DNA from: Macrostomum lignano
Taxonomy: Eukaryota
Reading direction: 5' to 3'
NCBI GenBank assembly: GCA_002269645.1
Contig: NIVC01001694.1
Span: 62,001-126,000, forward strand
DNA length: 64,000 nucleotides
Shown here piece after piece: positions 9,974-22,901 of this stretch (the first letter of the stretch is position 1; each line of letters begins with the position of its first letter). Position numbers and translations under genes: made by a program. The notes under the pieces were generated by a model that saw only the letters and a program-made list of their open reading frames with translations, was not told the origin of the DNA and ran no database searches.

Positions 9974-12900
9974 ATGACTAAGCTCCACGCTGCCAAAGGA
10001 GCGACATTCTGTCTGCAAATAAATCTACAGCATTGCGTATCTGCGTCAGTAAATCTGATGAAGATTGTTCAGCTGTACAGGCCAGGCCTCATCCTGATCC
10101 AGGAACCCTGGATGCGCAACGGTAAGTTGCCCAACATTCCCTCTGGCTACTCTGATTTTTATGTGTGTGGCCCGGGGAACAACCGCCCTAGAGCGGCTAT
10201 CCTCGCTGCCAGCCATCTCCAGGCTTGGCTGAGGACTGATCTCTCTGATGGAGACCTTTGTGTCATCCAATCTAATCATCTCTCTCCGCGTACGTGTCTC
10301 GTTGCCTCGATTTACATCCCAGGCGACAGAGACCCTGCTCCCGAGAGTCTACTGCGCCTTGCGCAGTACTTCGAGTCCCATAACGCTGAGCCGTGCTTAG
10401 GGGGCGACCTCAACGCGTACCATAAGCACTGGGGCAGCAAAGACACCAATACAAGAGGGGAGGAGCTTCTGGCCCTTATCTCTAACACAAACCTCATGCT
10501 CTGCAACCGCGGTAGCACTCCTACCTTTAACAATGGCAGATGGATTGAGGTCCTCGACGCCACACTCGTTACCCCAAGACTCTTTGACAGAGTTGAGGAG
10601 TGGAGAGTCTGGTCTGAGGAGCCCTCCCTGTCTGACCACTGCTTTATCGCCTTTAACATCGCGGACACAAAACCCCAGTCCTCGATTACTTGGAGGCGTA
10701 ACATCCGCAACACTGATTGGGCGGCCTATAAGGCTACCCTTGATCTGCACCTGCAGGAACTCACGGACTTACGTCCGATTGAGACCTGCGAGGATGTGGA
10801 TCATATGGCTGAGACGCTGACAGGTTGCATTATTGCAGCCTACGAAGCGGCTTGTCCTGCTCGCGCCTACAGAGGCAAGACCTCGGCGCCGTGGTGGAAC
10901 CCGGAGCTGGGGAAACTCGGGCGGAAGGCCAAAAGCCTTCACCGCCGTGCCATGAAGACCGGAAACCCGGAGGACATGGAGCTTTTCCGACAAGCCTCCC
11001 GTAACTTCAAATCTGAAGTGCGCAAGGCCAAGGAATGTAAATGGCGCCAATTCTGCAATGAATTGGATCAAGACAGACCTACTTCTAGGCTTGTCAAGCC
11101 CCTTACAATGGACAGAATGTCCAAATTAGCCATGATCAGAAAAGATGAAGGCTCTCTTACTAAAGACCCTGAAGAAGTGCTTCAGCATATGCCCAGCACA
11201 TTCTTCCCGAGGGTACCCACTGCTAGATCGGAACCCAACCATTCAATGGATGGAGCCATCCTAGCGGCGGGCATTATCACTGAAGACTTAATCGCTCGTG
11301 CGGTCAGAACCTTCAAGCCCTTCAAATCTCCTGGACCTGATGGTATCTACCCTGTTCTTCTTCGTGAAGCAGCCAAGATACCCTCGTTCTTGAGACTTAC
11401 CCGCAATCTCATGCGGGCTTCTATCCAGCTGGGATACGTTCCCAAGTGCTGGACCGAAGCTCGGGTAGTCTTTATTCCCAAACCTGGGAAGGGTGACTAC
11501 CAGAGCGTCAAGGCCTTCAGGCCAATTAGCTTAACGTCAGCAATGCTTAAGCTCACTGAGAGGCTTATTCTCTGGCGGCTGCTCTCCTGCGAGCTGACAG
11601 CAATGCCCCTCAGCAATCATCAGCACGCCTTCCGTACCGGGAGGTCGACTGACAGCGCCCTGCATGCGATAGTCGAGAAGATTGAACGGGCGGTACTGGG
11701 TGACGGTTACGCCCTGGCCCTTTTTCTCGACATTGTTGGCGCCTTCGACAACGTTATCTTTGAAGCGTTTCAGAGGGCCCTTCAAAATCGCAAAGCTCAC
11801 GCTACCCTCATACGGTGGATCATGTACATGATCTCCAACCGTACGGTCACTGCCCAACTTCTTGGGCAAACTGCCTCCGCCAGAGTCTGTAAGGGTGGAC
11901 CCCAAGGCGGAGTCCTCACCCCGACGCTCTGGAACCTGGTCATGGACGCTCTTCTGGGCGACTCCCGACCTGACCCCGTCTTCAAAGTCGGGTACGCTGA
12001 CGACGTCACTGCCATTGTGGCTGGGCCGTCCCCCAGCACGCTCAGGGATCTGATGCAGAGCTTTATTTTGCTTATTAAAGCAGAATCCTGGGCCAATGAC
12101 AACGGTCTGGAACTCTCTTAGCCCTAAACTTTTGCCATTATGTTCACCAGCAGAATACGCTGGAACATACGACCTCTACAGCTCTACGGCAGAGATATTG
12201 CCTTCGCGCACCAGACCAGATGTCTCGGGGTCACACTTGACCACCGGCTCAACTGGTCCTTCCACGTGAAAGCAAAAGCCAAGCGTGCCTCAGCCATCCT
12301 GGCCCAGCTCCGACGAGCACTTGGCACCTCTTGGGGTCTTTCCCCAAAACGGCTTTGGTGGATCTACACTTCCGTAGTTAGACCTGCCATTACGTACGCC
12401 TCAGTTGTCTGGGTTAGCGCTACGCAGGTCAAAAGCCATGCAGATTTGCTCAACACGATCCAGGGCAGAGTGTGTAGGCTTATCTGCAACGCCACCAGGT
12501 CCACGCCCTTTTCCGGCGTGGAGGCCTTCCTTAATCTATCGCCTCTCGACCTCTTCATCAGGGGTGAGGCGGCTAGAACGACGCGGCGTCTAATTGATGC
12601 CGGTGTCAAATTCCTTTACATGAGGGCACCTGCTAAGCGGAACCTCGTCCCGCATAGCGACCTGTGCCTCAACATTCTCAATGAGTATCAGGCCAATCGC
12701 GTCTTCACCGATGGCATTGCCTCAACGCTCAACCTGAGACAACGCTACTCCGTAGCTATCGACTCGCGCGATACCATCAATGACCACTGGAACCCTGGTG
12801 AGCTTCACTGCTACACCGATGGTTCTAAGCAGTCAGCCAACACCGGTTTGGTGTTGGAATCTTCCTGAACGGGAGGGTTATCGCAACCCATGCTCAGTAC

Positions 12901-13717
12901 ACTGGGGTCAACTCTAGTGTCTTCCAAAATGAAGTTCTTGCCATCAGCTCCTGCACCGCAGAGCTCCTCGCCACTGGCGTTACCTGTGAGAACATCATTT
13001 TCCATTCGGACAGCCAAACTGCCTTGCACGCCATCAGTGGCTGCAGCACCAATTCTGCTACAGTCCTCGACTGTATAAAACTCCTCAACATGTTGGGTAC
13101 CACCAACAAAATCACCCTCAAGTGGGTTCCGGGGCATGTGGGAACCCGAGGAAATGAGTTGGCTGACGCCCTTGCGAAAGTTGGCGCCTCCGGCTCCTCT
13201 CTCGGTCCCGAACCCCTTGTCCCAATTCCCGGCTGTGTCATCGACACGCGCATCAAAGCGTGGATCAGGACCCAGCACCGCTCGACTTGGGCGAACTGCA
13301 CTACCTGCAGGCAATCCAGAGGCGCTGTCCCTCAGCCCTCTCACCAGCTCCGGAAGCTCCTCTTGCGCCTCTCGCGCAGAGACATCCGGGCTGCCACCAT
13401 GACCCTCTCAGGTCACGGCTGCTTCTCTAGGCACCAGTATCTGCAGGGCAACGCCACCAACGCCATCTGCAGTTTCTGTAACTCAGGTGACGAAACCGCT
13501 GAGCCTTTCGTCAGCATCTGTCCCGCCTTTACGCGAGCCAGACTCACTTACCTCGGGCCACACATCTATTAATGAAGCTTGCAAACCCGAAAACTTTAAT
13601 CAGCTCATGCGCTACCTCCGGGCCACCCGCAGGGCTGAACTCTCCTTTCCAGAGAGCACCATAGCTGCTGGCGACCCTGGGGGACCTCCCTGGGCGGCGC
13701 CAACCCTTCGTCCATAG
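9974..13717 (+). pseudogene. Disrupted ORF2 of copy C
   Basis: In-frame stop at 12119-12121 and frameshifts near 12858 and ~13565 relative to copy B. APE, RT and RNase H motifs are still recognisable. Confidence 0.92.
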
Positions 13718-13812
13718 CGACGCGTCGGCCGTTCAGGGATTAGCGGAATGGGCGTTCGCGCCTTCCCGCTGTGTCCCCCGGGACAGCCCTGCAGCTAAGT
13801 CAAGTAAGTCCA

Positions 13813-13895
13813 GCCCCTGTCTCTTGGTTGGCGCCCCTGTCTCTTGGTAGGCGCCCCTGTCTCTTGGTGGGCGCCCCTGTCTCATGGTTGGCGCC
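13813..13895 (+). repeat. 20-bp minisatellite, tract 2 (~4 copies)
   Basis: Same unit as tract 1, lying between the retrotransposon 3' tail and the truncated gag. Confidence 0.95.
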
Positions 13896-14773
13896 TTTAC
13901 TCCCCTTACTACGGTGGTTGCCATATCTGGGCAGGCTGTACTATCGTGCGTCGAGCCACATCGGGGACACAGACGTGCAGAATTCTTGTTCTTTGCTATC
14001 GTTGAACCAGGTCTAAGAACTCCTACTTTCATTACAGCAGCCCCATCAGCTTTTGGAGCGTTTTTCATAATAATAGTAGCAATCAACGATGAGAACGCCT
14101 CTGCTTCAGCTACTGCGTCTCTGAAGGTAAGCTTCCGGTGGTCCTTTACAAGTAGCTTTCCGATAACGTTCTGATCACTCAGGCCGCAAATGAATTGGTC
14201 TCTCAGTCTTTCATCGATGTTATTGAAGTCACAGTTTTCTGCCTCTCTTACAAGTCGTTCGGAAAATGCACGCATGCTCTCTCCGTGGTTCCGAGTGCAT
14301 TGTTGAAATGTGAATCTCTCAGCCAAAACGAATGTTGCTGGAACTAACAGTTCATTTAGTGCTTCCACGAGTTCATCGAAGTTCAACCGGCTTGGTTTGT
14401 TAGGCGAGACATGATCGGCCAAGCTGTCATATAGCTTTGGTGAAAGTCGCATAAGAAGTATTTGGGCTTTCCCTACCGAGTCCCAGTTGTTAAAAGCTGC
14501 TGCCACCTCGAATCGGTCCAGCCAGCGTGGCAGATTACTGGAAGCCTCCAGCTTCTCAATATCCACTGCTCCCGCAGTTGGTCGAATAGTCGGTCCATTG
14601 CCATGCGCCATCCGGTCTGCAGAACCAGCTGTCTTCGTAGGACCAGCCGTTTTCGCTGAAGCTGCTGCCCTCGCCAGACCAGCTGTTTTTGCTGATCCCG
14701 CCGTTTTCGCAGGACCAGCTACTTTTGCAGGGCCCTCTGGTGGCCGTGCCGGTGAAGTCGGTGCAGATTTCAT
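13896..14773 (-). mobile_element. Ty3/Gypsy (Mag/K02A2.6-like) gag, 3'-truncated; no pol
   Basis: WLDRFE..LLMRLSPKLY..AERFTFQQCTRNHGESMRAF..L..EAENCDF..RLRDQFICGL, and a CPRCGSTHDSTAC knuckle (C-x2-C-x3-H-x4-C). The sequence runs into the minisatellite shortly after the knuckle. Confidence 0.85.
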
Positions 14774-14951
14774 CTTGCGACGCCACTGTTATGCTTTTCG
14801 TATTATTCTTTTGGAGACCGTGATGCGCAAAGACCACTCTTGAATTGTTAAGTTCTTTTGGAGCTCTTGGGCTCTCAGCTTTTCTTAAATTTATTAATTG
14901 TGTTTAAGAGAGTCGAGCTCTACTGGCTCAAGCAGGCGTTAGCTGCCTACA
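14772..14951 (-). mobile_element. Probable primer-binding site (TGGCGTCGCAAGATG, from 14785) and short 5' LTR (~14951-14787, TGT...ACA)
   Basis: On the minus strand ..ATAACA g TGGCG.. is immediately followed by the gag ATG, and AATAAA lies inside. The LTR 5' boundary is a guess because there is no second LTR to compare. Confidence 0.55.
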
Positions 14952-15659
14952 CAGCCATAGACAAAAATGAACTGAATTACGCTCGAAAATACAAGTAAAG
15001 CTCGCAATAAGTTTGCTGTGCTCAACCTACAGCAGTTGCCATATCCAAGAGTTGGAAAACTTTGAGCTTCTGCTATTCGTACAGCTTGGCTGCTTCTCTC
15101 ACATAGTTTTTGGAGAAAAGCCACTTTTTGGGGCGATTGGGAAGGGGCGTTTCCCTGAATGGGTACGCTAGTGTGCTCAACACTGAATTGATAGTCGGAT
15201 TTAGGTTGACTGTGAGTCAAATATTTGGTGCAGTCAAAATAAGAAACTTTAAAATATAGGCAAATATTGTTTAATAACCAAATTTCATTACTATTGCTGA
15301 AAATAATTGTGTCGTTTCATTTTTATCTTCTTAATAATTCTTACATTCTCCAAGGGATTACGTACACTAACTTTTACATGCAGGTACAATTAAAATTTTG
15401 GTATAACTGCTTAAATATACAACAAGAAACTCTTACAGCTAGTAAACACAGCACTCACCACACTGTGAACAGTAGGGGTTGGAAAAAGTCGAAACTACAA
15501 AGCTGAGCATTCTTGACTCCGAGGTACAATTCTCTGAAATCTGCATAGAAATGACCTTTGCTCACGTTCTAAAAGTCCGAAAGCAAGTATATGAAAGGCC
15601 AAGGACGATAAGATTTTACTGTTTCGATCTAGCTTGTAAGTCCACTCAACTCCAGCAAC

Positions 15660-17424
15660 ATGCTGTTCACCGTTTCAAACGCGATTGTAGTCGCTGTGAT
15701 TGCTCTGGCCATCTGCGCATATGCTTATGTCAAGCGCGCTCTCAGTAAGTCGCCTCAAGGCCCTGTCGGCGTTCCCGGCTTCGGCCTGCTGCCGCTGGTC
15801 ATGTGGCGAACCGTCATGAACAAGCGTCACCGACTTTTCCTGCTGATGCAGGACATCCAGAAGAAGTACGGAGACTTGGCTTCATTCCAAATGGGAACTC
15901 AGGAGATTATTCTTGTGTCCGGTTACGAGACCATGCGAGAGATGTTTACCATGCCCGACGTGTTCAGTGGTCGGCCGAATACAAATTATCACAAGTTTCT
16001 GTTCAAAGAATCCGGAATTGCGGGCTCCGAGGGAGTTCTGTGGCAGGAGCACAGACAGTTCGCGCTTCGCATTCTCAAGGACTTCGGGTTCGGTCGGAAC
16101 GCCTCAGAATTGCAGATTCAAGAGGAGGCTGTGCAACTGATGGACTTTTTGAGGTCGAAGGAAGGTCAGCTGGTTGATCCACGAGACTTCATCAGCAAGG
16201 CCGTGGCCAATGTGGTCACTCGGTTCATCTTCTCCAACTTCAGCAGCTACGAGGACTCGGACTTCAATGAGTTTTTAAAAAACCTCGGAGGTGTGACGAA
16301 CCAAAATGTTGTGGGCCTGCTCACCGCTTTCTATCGGTTCATGCCTGTCGAAACGGCGCTCGCCTTGTCTCCAGCAAACAAGAAACAGTTTGATGCAATC
16401 ACTTGGATCGAAGACCTTAGCCAACAAAAAGTGGAGGAGATCCGCAGCAAGTACAATGTCGACGACGAGCCCAGCAACTATGTGGAGGCTTATCTGCAAG
16501 AGCAGCACAGACGGGGCGTCGACCTGGGAACATTCACCGACTTCCAGCTGGTGAAGACCATCTGGGAGCTGTACATCGCAGGCGTCGACACGACCAGCAA
16601 CACCCTCGGTTGGAGTCTGATTTACGCGGCGCTGAACCCGGAGCTGCAGGACCGCTGCCACGCTGAGATCATGGCCAAGATCGGCAAGCGACAAGCCAGC
16701 CTGAAGGACAAGAAGGAGCTGCACTACTGCCAGGCGTTTCTGGACGAGTCTCAGCGAATTTCTACTCTTGTTCCGATGTCTGTCGACCACAGAGCTACTG
16801 AGGTACGGTAGCTTTATGGTTGAACGTTCCGTGATATAATAGTATAATAGGATAGGTTTAGTGGAGCTTCAGAGCGTTCACATTATGGTAAAACAGCCCT
16901 CTCATAAAGCAATATGAAATTCATCACTCTATGAATATTCTGTAAGCAAAATTTTACAATGCAAAGTAGTGAACAAGTTCTTTTTTGAAATTTTAGTCGT
17001 TGAATCTTTTAATTTACTGTCAACAACCAATAAAATTAACACCTCACCTTCTCAGGACACCGAGTTCCGTGGCTACAACATCTCCTCCGATGCCATGATC
17101 TCCGTCAACCTGTACGGTCTCCACCATGACGAGCGCTACTTCCCCAACCCGGACAAGTTCGACCCCGACCGCTTCCTCACTCCGGACGGTCAGTACAAGC
17201 CGTCGGAGTATTTGAATCAATTCGGAGTTGGCAAGCGCTCGTGTCTCGGAGAGGTTCTGGCTCGCATGGAGGTGTTCTTGTTCTTCGTGACCTTCATGCA
17301 GCACTTTCGATTCGAAGCGGACTCGTGGACTGCGGAGCAGCGGGAGCAGATCCTGCTGGGCACTGAAGGAATCGTTCATGCGACCATCGAGCACCGGTTG
17401 AAGGTGGCGAGCCGCGACAACTAG
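15660..17424 (+). CDS. Cytochrome P450, clan-2-like, gene 1; exons 15660-16802 and 17056-17424; 503 aa; intact
   Basis: N-terminal TM anchor, WQEHR, I-helix AGVDTT, ExxR (ESQR), PDRF, heme motif FGVGKRSCLG. Phase-0 GT..AG intron 16803-17055. Confidence 0.93.
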
Positions 17425-20262
17425 TGTATTAATGGGTACCGAAAACCGGTATGATCCTCATGATGCCTCGTCGGAGTTTTGATCGTCTGAATGCATATGG
17501 CATTGTTGCGTCCTACAGAAATTTAGCGATGGACTCAAATTCCGAAACGTTTTCCTATAAAGAATTCGGGTAGATTTTTTCAGTTTCGCAGTTTTGTGTA
17601 ATTCTGTGATGGATGGTCGTTGTTTTTTCGAACCCTATGAGTAATACTCGTACTTGTTATCTTACTGCTATTACATGCTATTCCCATTTAATAACCGCAA
17701 CAGCACAGTTATACATTTATTTGAAGAGCTTTTTGCTGCTTATGGTAGTTTTCCTTGAATTTGCAGTTTTGCAGTTTTGCTACATGTTCCAGAAACCTAG
17801 CTTGTATTACACATGTCGCGACTTTCCTAGTCATTTCTTAGTTCACCTTCAATTGTCTCTGTTTACTCCGTTTTCTCTCTCTCTGTCTAGCTCAATCTTG
17901 TTATTCTTATCTCTCTCTCCCTTGCTGCGTTCTGATTGGCTCTCCGTTCTCGCCTCTTTCCTCAGTCGCGCATTCCACCCCCTCTCTTTATTATTCTGGG
18001 CTCAATCCCCCAAAGTTAAATGTTCTATAAATATATCGGTTTGGGCCCTGCGCCCACTTACTGCTCATCCTGCTCCTTCAATTTAACTCCAATTAAATAG
18101 TCTTTAGTTTAGTATTTTTCTACAACACACGTAGCTCACTACTGCCATGCCAACTGTGTGAAGTGATACATTTTGGTCCGGAAAGTTCTTATCCAATTTA
18201 AATGTAATTCGAGCCAATCAATGCGCTCCAGCAGGCAAAAAGCTGAGGACAACTGAAGAAGAGTCATGTATGAATGCTATCTAATTAAAGACTAAAAATT
18301 CTTTATGAACCAATGCTAAAGCCAAGAAAGAAGGTCGCAATTCCTTCTCCCGAACTCCCGCTACTTCGCTCTACTTCGCTCTCGGTTGCTCAAGTCCTGC
18401 TTGTGATTCAGTCGACAGTACACCAATGTAACCTAATTATTATCTAGGTTTGACAAACTGATCCAATGAACATCCTGAGATTGTGACCATCAAATAGAAA
18501 AATCTGTAAGCTTACACCTTGTGATTGCATCATTAGGAAAAGTTTGTCGAATCCGACACCTCTTGCAGTTTTCTAGGTCTTACACTGGTAATTGAAGTTA
18601 TTATAGAGCCATTGTAGTGAAGGTCCTGAAGACCAAGGACACACAAAAACATCATCATTTTAATATTCGAGTTATTTTATGTGGTCTGGAATTTGTCTGA
18701 TACTGACGGCTGGACGCAGCAGTCCCGCATCGTCTTGCCGGACGGTGTCGATCGCTGTAATCGCGGAAGTCAGCAACTTTGTTGAATAAAATCGGTGTTA
18801 CATTTTCGCCCGATGGACAAAACACCAGGCTGACTCGTTGGAATGGCAAATAGCCCGCAGTGCTACCGTTGCTGCTAGTAGGAAAGCTATTGCCATCGAT
18901 AGAAATCAATTTCAAGAGGAGAGACATTTTCGTCTTATTCACTGCATCAATCAATCACACACGTTAACCGTCTTAGATACGCATCAATTAATATTGGAAG
19001 GTAAACGAAAGCAACTAGCAAACCGAAGCAATGGCAGTTATCTTTAAAATGCACAGGAAATGTCGTAAATGGCATTACTTCCATTTCGCCTATCCAAAGC
19101 AAAAGAATTATAAGACACAATAAAAACGAGGGCCAAAGCGATTTGCCTGAGGGCAAAAAAACTCTTGAGTGCGTCTCTGACGAAGACTGCAGCTCGCACT
19201 GCACACAAAAACTCTGGAATATTGCAACCCATTTTCAGTGTTGAGTTGAATAAATAACGACTGAGATACTGAAGAATTGAAAATAACCTGGCAGCTCAAA
19301 GCATCCACAAGTGCTTTAGAACGCCAAGATTTACTCGTGTGCGCCTGCCGACCTGACCGCCAATATATTTTGCCCCTCAAGAGACAGCTTGAGTCTACCT
19401 TGAGTTTATGCAGAAATTTAGTCCTACTTCGCAGTGTAAAAGCTTACATAGTGTAATCCATGAACGATCTTAATTTTTGATAGGATTCTGGAGAGCCAGC
19501 GGCTCTCAACCAGGGCGTTCTTGGACGTTTTGTTGGTGCTATTTCTTCATTTGCAAGCAAGAAAAGAGAAGACTACTTTGTACACAGCATTGCAGAATCA
19601 TGCTAATCTTAAAACTGTGAGGTATAATTTTTTAAATGCGGCAAAATTGTTTCAAAAAACTGAATTTACTTTGTTTCTTCACAGACCAAGACAAGTATAA
19701 TATACTTTAGCAGTTTGATTTTTGTTATAAATGTATCAGAAAAGATTTAGTTTTCAATCAATCCTCAGAGTGGTAGGTTCAGTTTTGAGACAAATCCATA
19801 TTTTATAAATCATCTGTCATGTCAAGAGATAATTGAGGACTTTGCAAAGACGCCAATTTTTTAAACAGTCTCCAACTCTAGAATCTTACTTTAAAACTCC
19901 TTGGTGTAGAGCGTTAATTTTCTGGCCAAATGAGCTGCAGACTACAGATAGACAGCTTTATCTAGACAATGTTTGCCCAGCAAACCTCTCAAACCAAGCT
20001 CAAGCCCCAGAGACCGCCAATGCCCAGCGGCAAGAGAAGAGAGTAAATAGGGCTGGGCCGCAAAAGTGCAGGATGTGTACAATTATTCGCACAGCTGCAA
20101 GGCTTTGAAGGAAAATGGGCAGTCGTCTGTCGTCATAGAAAAAAACTTGGCACACAGTTTTTTAAACGCAAAGACAATTTAGATATTGCAGTTTTAGTAA
20201 GACTCTCTTCTAGTAAGGCTCTTCTTTCTTGTTGAAAAAGCTAGATACATACCTCAAGACAA

Positions 20263-21914
20263 ATGCTCGGTACAGTTCCAATTTTTGCGTCTGCCATCGG
20301 CCTGGCCATCTGCGCCTATGCCTACGCTAAGCGAGCTCTCAGCAAGTCGCCTCCGGGCCCTGTCGGCGTTCCCGGCTTCGGCCTGCTGCCTCTGGTCATG
20401 TGGCGAACTGCCAACGACAAGCGCTACCGACTTTTCCTGCTGATGCAGGAGATCCAGAAGAAGTTCGGAGACCTTGCCTCATTTCGACTCGGAACCCAAG
20501 AGTTTATCTTAGTGTCCGGTTATCCAGCTTTGCGCGAGATGTTCGTAACGCATGCAGATAAGTTCAATGGCCGGTCGAACACCAACTTTCACAGGTTTCT
20601 CTTCAAAGAAGCCGGAATTGTTGGCTCCGAGGGCGCTCTGTGGCAGGAGCACAGACGCTTTGCACTTCGCGTTCTCAAGGACTTCGGGTTCGGTCGAAAC
20701 GCCTCGGAAGAACACATCCAGGATGAGGCTGGGCAAGTTGTGAACTTTCTGAGGTCGAAGGAAGGTCAGCTGGTTGATCCACGAGACTTCATCAGCAAGG
20801 CCGTGGCCAATGTGGTCACTCGGTTCATCTTCTCCAACTTCAGTAGCTATGAGGACCCCGAGTTCAACGAGTTTCTAGGAAAGCTCGGAAGTCTGACTAA
20901 CCAAAACCTTGTGGGCTTGATCACCGCATTCTATCGGTTCATGCCTGTCGAAACGGCGCTCGCCTTGTCTCCAGCAAACAAGAAACAGTTCGACGCTATT
21001 ACGTGGGTCGAGGACCTCAGCAAACGAAAAGTGGAGGAGATCCGCAGCAAGTACAGTGTCGACGACGAGCCCAGCAACTATGTGGAGGCTTATCTGCAAG
21101 AGCAGCACAGACGGGGCGTCGACCTGGGAACATTCACCGACTTCCAGCTGGTGAAGACCATCTGGGAGCTGTACATCGCAGGCGTCGACACGACCAGCAA
21201 CACCCTCGGTTGGAGTCTGATTTACGCGGCGCTGAACCCGGAGCTGCAGGACCGCTGCCACGCTGAGATCATGGCCAAGATCGGCAAGCGACAAGCCAGC
21301 CTGAAGGACAAGAAGGAGCTGCACTACTGCCAGGCGTTTCTGGACGAGTGTCAACGCATTTCTACTCTTGCTCCGATGTCTGTCGACCATCGGGCTATTG
21401 AGGTATTGTATATACTCTTAGGGGGAATTCTATGTGTACTGTTAGAATTCCTTATTGTTAATAGTATAAGAACATTAGCTGAATGTACACTTAAGAACAC
21501 TTGCTATATCTTAAAGTATAATCTTTGATATCCTACTTTGCACAGGACACGGAGTTCAGTGGCTACAACATCTCCTCCGATGCCATGCTCTTTATCAACC
21601 TGTACGGCCTTCATCATGACGAGCGATACTTCCCCAACCCGGACAAGTTCGATCCTGACCGCTTCCTTACTCCGGAGGGTCAGTACAAGGCGTCGGAGTA
21701 TTTGAATCCGTTCGGAATCGGCAAGCGCTCGTGTCTCGGAGAGGTTCTGGCTCGCATGGAGGTGTTCTTGTTCTTCGTGACCTTCATGCAGCACTTCCGA
21801 TTCGAAGCGGACTCGTGGACTGCGGAGCAGCGGGAGCAGATCCTGCTGGGCACTGAGGGCGTCGTCCATGCGACCATCGAGCACCGGCTGAAGGTGGCGA
21901 ACCGTGAAAATTAG
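20263..21914 (+). CDS. Cytochrome P450, clan-2-like, gene 2; exons 20263-21402 and 21546-21914; 502 aa; intact
   Basis: Same motifs (AGVDTT, ECQR, PDRF, FGIGKRSCLG) and the same intron position, GT..AG 21403-21545. Confidence 0.93.
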
Positions 21915-22464
21915 GGACTTTAAATTCTAAAATAAAAATACTTTCCTATTTAAACTGCAGAGTCAGTTTGGGCATTGTGTCAGCCTCGCAAGTTGATGGC
22001 GAAGGACCTTCTCGAACCCAAGGCGCGATATCAGTAATGAATGCAGCGTTTACTTTCAGTGGTTAGAGCAAGAATTTCTGTAGATTATGTGCGATTGAAA
22101 GTCAAATTAGTTGCTTTACTATGAAGGAAAATTTCTAATATAGTTTCTTTTCAAAAACTATAAAATAAAGAGACTTGTTTACTTGGAAAGATTTTTTGGA
22201 CGATTGTTTTTCAGATATACAATAAATAATAGCTTCTAATTTCTTATAACAAACCCTGTCGATAAGTTTTGTTCATTTTTATATCTTTACAAACCCGTTT
22301 TACGGTTTTTCAGACTCGTACTTATTGATACATGCTCGCAAAGCAAAGAATTCTCTACTTTGCTTCTGCCCTCTATCAGATGTGATATTTCGGCAGTGCC
22401 TACAGTTTGCTCAGTGCCGTACGCAGCAGTTTAATTTGATGAGGCCCGCAAGCCTAAGGGCCAA

Positions 22465-22874
22465 TATTTGGCGTCTTGGTGGGCGCTCCTGTCTCATGGC
22501 TGGCGCCCCTGTCTCTTGGTGGACGCTCCTGCCTCTTGGTGGGCGCCCTGTCTTTTGGTGGACGCTCCTGCCTCTTGGTGGGCGCCCTGTCTTTTGGTGG
22601 GCGCCCCTGTCTCTTGGTGGGCGCCCCTGTCTCTTGGTGGGCGCCCCTGTCTTTTGGTGGGCGCCCCTGCCTCTTGGTGGGCGCCCCTGTCGCTTGGTGG
22701 GCGCCCCTGTCTCTTGGTGGGCGCCCCTGTCTTTTGGTGGGCGCCCCTGTCTCTTGGTGGGCGCCCCTGTCTCTTGGTGGGCGCCCCTGTCTCTTGGTGG
22801 GCGCCCCTGTCTCTTGGTGGGCGCCCCTGTCTCTTGGTGGGCGCCCCTGTCTCTTGGTGGGCGTCCCTGTCTCT
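22465..22874 (+). repeat. 20-bp minisatellite, tract 3 (~20 copies)
   Basis: Same unit, mostly the ..GGGCGC variant. The left flank is homologous to window positions 1-175. Confidence 0.95.
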
Positions 22875-22901
22875 GGCCATCTGCGCAGATGGCTCGCAGA
22901 T

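Larger units (their letters stand above)
9155..13810 (+). mobile_element. 3' part of older retrotransposon copy (C): rest of ORF1, disrupted ORF2, 3' tail TAAGTCAAGTAAGTC
   Basis: Homologous to copy B along its length. Shares the 290-bp block with copy A. Ends at 13810 in the same tail repeat as B. Confidence 0.93.

Noticed and set aside
3605-13402. Numerous 60-200-aa ORFs antisense or out of frame within the retrotransposons and CYP genes
   Set aside because: Shadow ORFs of GC-rich coding sequence with no independent motifs.
3261-13810. Twin-priming inversion of a single retrotransposon
   Set aside because: Copy B is full length and clearly diverged from A/C, and A and C share variants that B lacks. 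This indicates two separate insertions.
13733-13895. C-terminal extension of the gag ORF through satellite and antisense LINE tail
   Set aside because: Chance read-through across a junction; not gag-like sequence.
15130-15260. GC-box, inverted CCAAT and TGAGTCA (AP-1-like) motifs upstream of CYP1
   Set aside because: Short motifs expected by chance; the TSS is unknown.
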